Shown here: positions 59,214 through 64,000 of the stretch, one piece after another
Layout of the letters: each line of letters opens with the position of its first letter
How positions within the stretch are numbered: position 1 is the first letter of the stretch
Assembly (NCBI GenBank): GCA_027022365.1
Contig: JALVYU010000026.1
Coordinates: 160,001-224,000 of the forward strand
DNA length: 64,000 nt
Origin: Desulfurococcales archaeon
GTDB taxonomy: Archaea > Thermoproteota > Thermoprotei_A > Sulfolobales > Desulfurococcaceae
Direction of reading: 5' to 3'
Translations under genes and position numbers: made by a program
The notes under the pieces: model-generated
The model's input: only the letters and a program-made list of their open reading frames with translations
Databases searched by the model: none
Told to the model about the DNA's origin: nothing

Positions 59214-59307
59214 TACAGGGCCCTACAAGTTTTATTCTCAGCCCTATCCATTATCACACGGGTTCACGACTACTTTATCAGTATTACTGATTAAAGGTGT
59301 CTAGTTT

Positions 59308-59601
59308 ATGAAGGAAATAAACATTGTTTTACATACCACTAGAACAAGTCAAGGAATAGTACTAGATAACATAGTTGGATTCACGGTTGAATTACTTAGG
59401 AAAATATATGGTTTACCCGTCGTCTATAGTGTTCTTTATGATAATCCCGATATACCTTACTTAATTGTAGACAATATGCCTCCGCTCTATCTTTATGAAC
59501 AGCCTGAAATCGACACCCTGATCAATATAGTGAGAGCCGTATATGATATATATAGCATTGAGACAATACATAATGAGAGACTCGTACCAAGTGAGATCTA
59601 G
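59308..59601 (+). CDS. Hypothetical protein
   Basis: 97-aa ORF with AGGTG RBS. Confidence 0.55.
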   Translation: MKEINIVLHTTRTSQGIVLDNIVGFTVELLRKIYGLPVVYSVLYDNPDIPYLIVDNMPPLYLYEQPEIDTLINIVRAVYDIYSIETIHNERLVPSEI

Positions 59602-59618
59602 CTGGAAACTATCCGCAA

Positions 59619-60017
59619 TTATACGAGTTCCATATTAGCGCCTATCTCGTAGAACGGGCATTTATCCCAATAAAGGGCGCATTTCTTGACAGCGCTTCTA
59701 GTTATGTATCTTTCAGTTATGTAACAATAGGCTACATACATGTTATCGCCGGCTTTTACCAATTTATAAAACGGGCAGTCCGAGTCTACAGGCTCCGACA
59801 ACACGTGGACCAACGGATAATAGCCTCTACGGATCTCAACACCTAAAGCCTCTGCAAGTCCTTCTTCAGGGCCGGGCTTCTCATATAGTGGGCATGAAGT
59901 GAATTTATTTGTTAGACAAATGTCTTCAACTACAGGCTCGGGTGAAGGACTGCCATATTTTGCAATTGCTCTCTTACTGTAACACAATCCACTATTGTAC
60001 CAAGGGCACTTAGGCAA
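59619..60017 (-). CDS. Cys-rich hypothetical protein with duplicated CP(W/F)Y..C..C..CP.Y module
   Basis: Two four-Cys repeats. Confidence 0.7.
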   Translation of the reverse strand: MPKCPWYNSGLCYSKRAIAKYGSPSPEPVVEDICLTNKFTSCPLYEKPGPEEGLAEALGVEIRRGYYPLVHVLSEPVDSDCPFYKLVKAGDNMYVAYCYITERYITRSAVKKCALYWDKCPFYEIGANMELV

Positions 60018-60222
60018 GCTTAATCCCTTGTCGACTCTTTATTAGGTCTTCCCTTTAAATAGACTGTTATTGTCCAGTATTCTTTTTTAAAATTACTAAA
60101 CATTTATGGATTTATGAGAAAATATTGCTGGATTTGAACTCTGTATAAGCTCATTTAAGAAAAGATATATTTAGAGATAATGTGTTATAGAATACTATGC
60201 AGAATATATCAGTTACATCAAG

Positions 60223-60864
60223 GTGTGGAGGGTGAAGAACATGAGCATCCAGGAAAAAATCAACGAGATGACTGAAGAGATAACAATTGATCTGTCGCAT
60301 ATACCTTTAAGGCCAACAAGCAAGAAAGAGATACAACAGCTTGAGATGGCGCTAATCATAGCAACGCTATACTCGCCTGAAGTAATAGAATTAATCAAAG
60401 ATCCTATTGAGCGTGCAACATGGGTTGATAGCCTCGCAGTTGCTGCTGCTGCTTTAGCGCGATATAAGGCGGGCTACTCGATCAGACAGATTGCTGATGA
60501 AGTGGGAAGAAGTGAAACAATGATAAGGGCTCATCTTAGCGGTAAAACAAAAGCTGGAAAACTAGTACTTCAAACGTATGAGAAATTAAAGCGAGGCGAG
60601 TTGAAAATAGTTGTACCGTTCTTAAAAGTACCGAAGACCATGGTGGAAGCCGACTTACAAGCGATACGTGAGGAGAAGAAGAAATTTGAAGAGGAGCTGA
60701 AGAAAACGAAGGAAGAACTAGAAAACTTGAAGAAACAATACGAGGATCTCAAGAACAAGTATGATCAGCTACTACACGAGAAGCAAGAATTAGAGGATAG
60801 GCTCAACAAGTTTACAGAAGCACTCAAGAAGATCAAGGAGATTATCGAGAACTTCACTCTTTAA
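60223..60864 (+). CDS. HTH regulator with C-terminal coiled coil
   Basis: TWVDSLAVAA, SIRQIADEVGRSETMIRAHL, TKAG; heptad tail. Confidence 0.8.
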   Translation: MWRVKNMSIQEKINEMTEEITIDLSHIPLRPTSKKEIQQLEMALIIATLYSPEVIELIKDPIERATWVDSLAVAAAALARYKAGYSIRQIADEVGRSETMIRAHLSGKTKAGKLVLQTYEKLKRGELKIVVPFLKVPKTMVEADLQAIREEKKKFEEELKKTKEELENLKKQYEDLKNKYDQLLHEKQELEDRLNKFTEALKKIKEIIENFTL

Positions 60865-61225
60865 TCCTAATGCTTAGATGTATTTTTTCTGATTCCTTAT
60901 CCTTTATCTGTATCTCAATCTTTGATATGTTCTGTAATTTGAAATCCTCATCCCTCCTCAGTACAACTTGATACTTAAAACCATTAATGCTTCCTACAAC
61001 TTTGTACTCGTAGCCCTTAGAGGCGTCGCTAATACTCTTTTCTATTAGCTCAAATAGTATATTTGGTTGAATATTCATTTGCTCATATCTAGCTATGCCA
61101 AGCCAAGTATAATTTCCTCTCCTCACCTTAAATTTCTGTATAATTTTTCCATCCTCTCTATGTATGGGCATTCCTATCTTCATTTCCATAATGATCGCCT
61201 CCATTTGTAAACATATTTTTACCAT
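60854..61225 (-). CDS. Hypothetical protein
   Basis: 123-aa ORF. Confidence 0.55.
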   Translation of the reverse strand: MVKICLQMEAIIMEMKIGMPIHREDGKIIQKFKVRRGNYTWLGIARYEQMNIQPNILFELIEKSISDASKGYEYKVVGSINGFKYQVVLRRDEDFKLQNISKIEIQIKDKESEKIHLSIRIKE

Positions 61226-61295
61226 TAAATATATAGATCTTAACTAATCTCTCTATAAATTTTTGAAAATAGCCTAGTGAAGAATAATTATATGA

Positions 61296-62246
61296 TTACG
61301 TGTTCCTAAATCTATCCAAGAATTTTAGCCTCTTAGAAGGATGAGGATGAGAACTAAATAATTCTTCCAGGAGACTAGGTTTAAGCGATTTAACATATTC
61401 TATTAGATAATCTATATCATGTGTACTTACCATTATTATGTTCTCGGGATCACTTATCAGTAGCATCTTCAGCTGAGAAGCCTTGGCAATCTGTGTCCTC
61501 ATTCTCTCTGACAACCTGCCCGTAGCGGCGAGTATCTTGACTAGTGCTCTCTGAAGATAATAGGCTCCATTTTTGACTGTTAGTGCTGAGTGCATGTCTG
61601 CATAATATTCTCGTAGTCTTGAAAGATAAAGTACACCTAGATTCAGAATAAATGCTATGACCATGAGGCCCAAGCCTATGATCATTATCGCGATTGGGCT
61701 TAGATCGTTTTCATCCCTATTGCCGAACCCGTAAAACCATCCCCAGCGGAGCATGATGTTTCCTAGCCACCATAGAATAGCTGGGAGTAACCCTATCATC
61801 ATCATTACCATGACATCCTTATGCTTTAGATGCCCTATCTCATGTCCTATTACAGCCTCGACTTCCCTCGGTTCTAAAATATTTAGGAGGCCACGTGTAA
61901 CCGCTATCCTATATCCCGCGATGATGTTACCATATGCAAATGCGTTAGGTACGTCCATTTCTGCAAGCATAAGGCGCGGTCTCTTGATACCGCTTTCCCT
62001 CGATATCTTATCTACGGCTTCCCTAAGCCATGAAGGCGCTCTATCGTCATAGGGCTCGACATGATACATAGCGTCTATTAGGTATGGGGAGATCAACCAT
62101 TGTATAAAGTATATCATTGTTACCATTGCGACAAGAGATTCTATGCTTATACCGCCAATTAATGGTGATATAGCCCATAATATTAATAGGCTCGCCCCTG
62201 TAACAATTAAGATTGATATGAGCATTGATAAGTAGAGCTTCCACAT
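61296..62246 (-). CDS. htpX: Zinc metalloprotease HtpX (M48)
   Basis: PNAFAYG, HEIGH, SRLREYYAD, SSHP..KR. Confidence 0.93.
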   Translation of the reverse strand: MWKLYLSMLISILIVTGASLLILWAISPLIGGISIESLVAMVTMIYFIQWLISPYLIDAMYHVEPYDDRAPSWLREAVDKISRESGIKRPRLMLAEMDVPNAFAYGNIIAGYRIAVTRGLLNILEPREVEAVIGHEIGHLKHKDVMVMMMIGLLPAILWWLGNIMLRWGWFYGFGNRDENDLSPIAIMIIGLGLMVIAFILNLGVLYLSRLREYYADMHSALTVKNGAYYLQRALVKILAATGRLSERMRTQIAKASQLKMLLISDPENIIMVSTHDIDYLIEYVKSLKPSLLEELFSSHPHPSKRLKFLDRFRNT

Positions 62247-62343
62247 CAACGTACAAACACCGTAATACTCCACGATATCCTTTAGAATTACTCCTTTGCA
62301 CCCCTTATAAATACTCAATGTTCAATCAAGATAACAGAAACGG

Positions 62344-62655
62344 GTGGAAGCAATGTCTGAACTAGCTGTAGCGGTACTTGATCTTCATGGCCGTCTAATA
62401 ACGTGTAGCTCTACCAGCTCAATGCCTTATTCAAAAATACAGAATGCGGTTAGAATAGGCTACGACATATTCAGAACCGTTGATTTCATTGTAAGAGAAC
62501 TAGGTTATGAAACGCCTAAAAACGTCAGCGTGAAGACCGAGGATCTAGAGCTGACGGTATTTAGGCGCAGAGATAAAGTTGTCGTAGCAATGATATATGA
62601 GCCGAGCATACCAGTATCAATAAATAGCAATGCTACTGCCTCAATGGAGGCCTAA
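62344..62655 (+). CDS. Hypothetical protein, possible Roadblock/profilin-like fold
   Basis: VAVLDLHGRLI N-terminus and beta-rich C-terminus. Confidence 0.55.
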   Translation: MEAMSELAVAVLDLHGRLITCSSTSSMPYSKIQNAVRIGYDIFRTVDFIVRELGYETPKNVSVKTEDLELTVFRRRDKVVVAMIYEPSIPVSINSNATASMEA

Positions 62656-62695
62656 ATACGAGTAAAATATTTACCAATCCATATTTCGATTCAGA

Positions 62696-63421
62696 TCATA
62701 AGTTAAGGATTTTCTTTCCATTAAGCTCAATCATTTTAACCACATATTCACGTTCAACGCCCTTTAAGGAACTGATCAGCTCAATTGTTTTCTCAATAAG
62801 GAATGGATTGAGCTGAAGCGACTTATACTTGTACGGGCCATCAGATTCCGTAACCATTATTTTAAGTGGGGCTTTCTCAATTATCCTCTTATGTTTTTCT
62901 TGAATAAGTGCTGCAGGATTAATACCTATAAAGTAGCCCATCGACTCAATATCTTTCAATAGATCCGCAGGACCAGTATACCAATGGAAATATGCTCTCT
63001 TTACATCGTATTTTACGAGTAAATTGAATACTTCACGCCAAGTCTTTGGAGTGTGGAGATTGTATATGAAATCATGTGATCTACCTGCTTCTAGGAAAGC
63101 CTTTAAGATTTCGTTCTGTTTATTAATCGTTTCAGCGACAAATAATCGATCAAGACCAACTTCTCCAATACACTTTACATCGTTCTCGATCGCTAAGTCA
63201 ACAAGCTTGTAGACATCATTAATGTTGTATTTAGTGATCTCCCAAGGATGTATTCCAATGCAAGGTATTATCTTACCTTTAAACTTTTTTCCGATCTCAA
63301 TATTTTTTATACTCGTACTAGGATCATCGGCGACAGATACAACTAAGATTTTATTGTTAATGAATTCAATGATGGATTTTTCATCGTATTCGTGGGCATG
63401 ACAATGCATATCAATGATCAT
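62696..63421 (-). CDS. tatD: TatD family hydrolase
   Basis: DMHCH, GIHPW, IGEVGLD, FHWYTG, TESDGPY. Confidence 0.92.
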   Translation of the reverse strand: MIIDMHCHAHEYDEKSIIEFINNKILVVSVADDPSTSIKNIEIGKKFKGKIIPCIGIHPWEITKYNINDVYKLVDLAIENDVKCIGEVGLDRLFVAETINKQNEILKAFLEAGRSHDFIYNLHTPKTWREVFNLLVKYDVKRAYFHWYTGPADLLKDIESMGYFIGINPAALIQEKHKRIIEKAPLKIMVTESDGPYKYKSLQLNPFLIEKTIELISSLKGVEREYVVKMIELNGKKILNL

Positions 63422-63860
63422 GGATAATTATCTCCCTCCCTTTTCCAAGCTTTTTGTAGGTGAGATCAAATCTCTTTGTCTCAACAAATAATTTGTTATC
63501 ACTAGTAAACACATTTATCTTACTATATCCTATGATGCCTTTTATGATTGATATTATAATATGATGAGACAAGAGACCATCCGTTATCAGATCAGCGAGT
63601 TTCTGGACAATATCGGTATCACTGATAAAAAGTCTCAAAAAATTCTGTGTAGCATACGATAGTGGTTTACTGGTTCTGCCCGACAGGATCGTGAGCATAG
63701 AGTACTTTGGCTCTAAGAATGGGATAAAAAATATGCACGCATTGTGTCCAATTAATGATTTAATGACCAATGAATAGTATGAAATGTTTTGTAGAACATC
63801 TAGCTCTTTATAACTAGTATTATTCTTGAGAACATATAGATTATCATCGAATTTTTTCAT
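63411..63860 (-). CDS. Hypothetical protein
   Basis: 149-aa ORF overlapping the tatD start. Confidence 0.5.
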   Translation of the reverse strand: MKKFDDNLYVLKNNTSYKELDVLQNISYYSLVIKSLIGHNACIFFIPFLEPKYSMLTILSGRTSKPLSYATQNFLRLFISDTDIVQKLADLITDGLLSHHIIISIIKGIIGYSKINVFTSDNKLFVETKRFDLTYKKLGKGREIIIHDH

Positions 63861-64000
63861 ATATGCCTTAGTGCGAACACAATATATCTTCTTGCCCTGT
63901 AGGAAATCCGGAAAAGACCATAGAAAACCCTTGTCTTTACCCCAGACAAGTTCTTGGAAGTCCTTACCAGGGCATATTATATTATCGGTAGCACTAACCA

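Overview
Archaeal chromosomal window. Gene content, encoded-CCA tRNAs, BHB introns and C/D guide RNAs point to a hyperthermophilic crenarchaeon, Desulfurococcales-like (inference). From left to right: an AOR-family oxidoreductase; tRNA-Arg(TCG) with an att-like duplication enclosing a VapBC pair; an AT-rich HincII-like restriction-modification island; a 12-gene Mrp/complex-I-like operon with MBS-type catalytic motifs; transporters; an orphan 5-repeat CRISPR array between tRNA-Thr and tRNA-Leu; archaeal mevalonate/lipid genes; a serine (SerK/SerA) operon; a vWA-FHA-kinase module; and housekeeping genes. The main discovery is at 40479-42739 (minus strand). An initiator tRNA-Met(CAT) is broken into four exons by three BHB-bounded intervening sequences at tRNA positions 30/31 (1451 nt), 37/38 (21 nt) and 59/60 (712 nt). 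The two large ones carry LAGLIDADG endonuclease genes: one near-intact, antisense and paired with an unannotated AbrB-type gene, the other decayed. Candidate TATA boxes precede each tRNA piece. It is therefore either a tRNA with kilobase homing-endonuclease introns or a collinear tri-split tRNA caught in formation. All product calls come from motif recognition by eye, without database searches.
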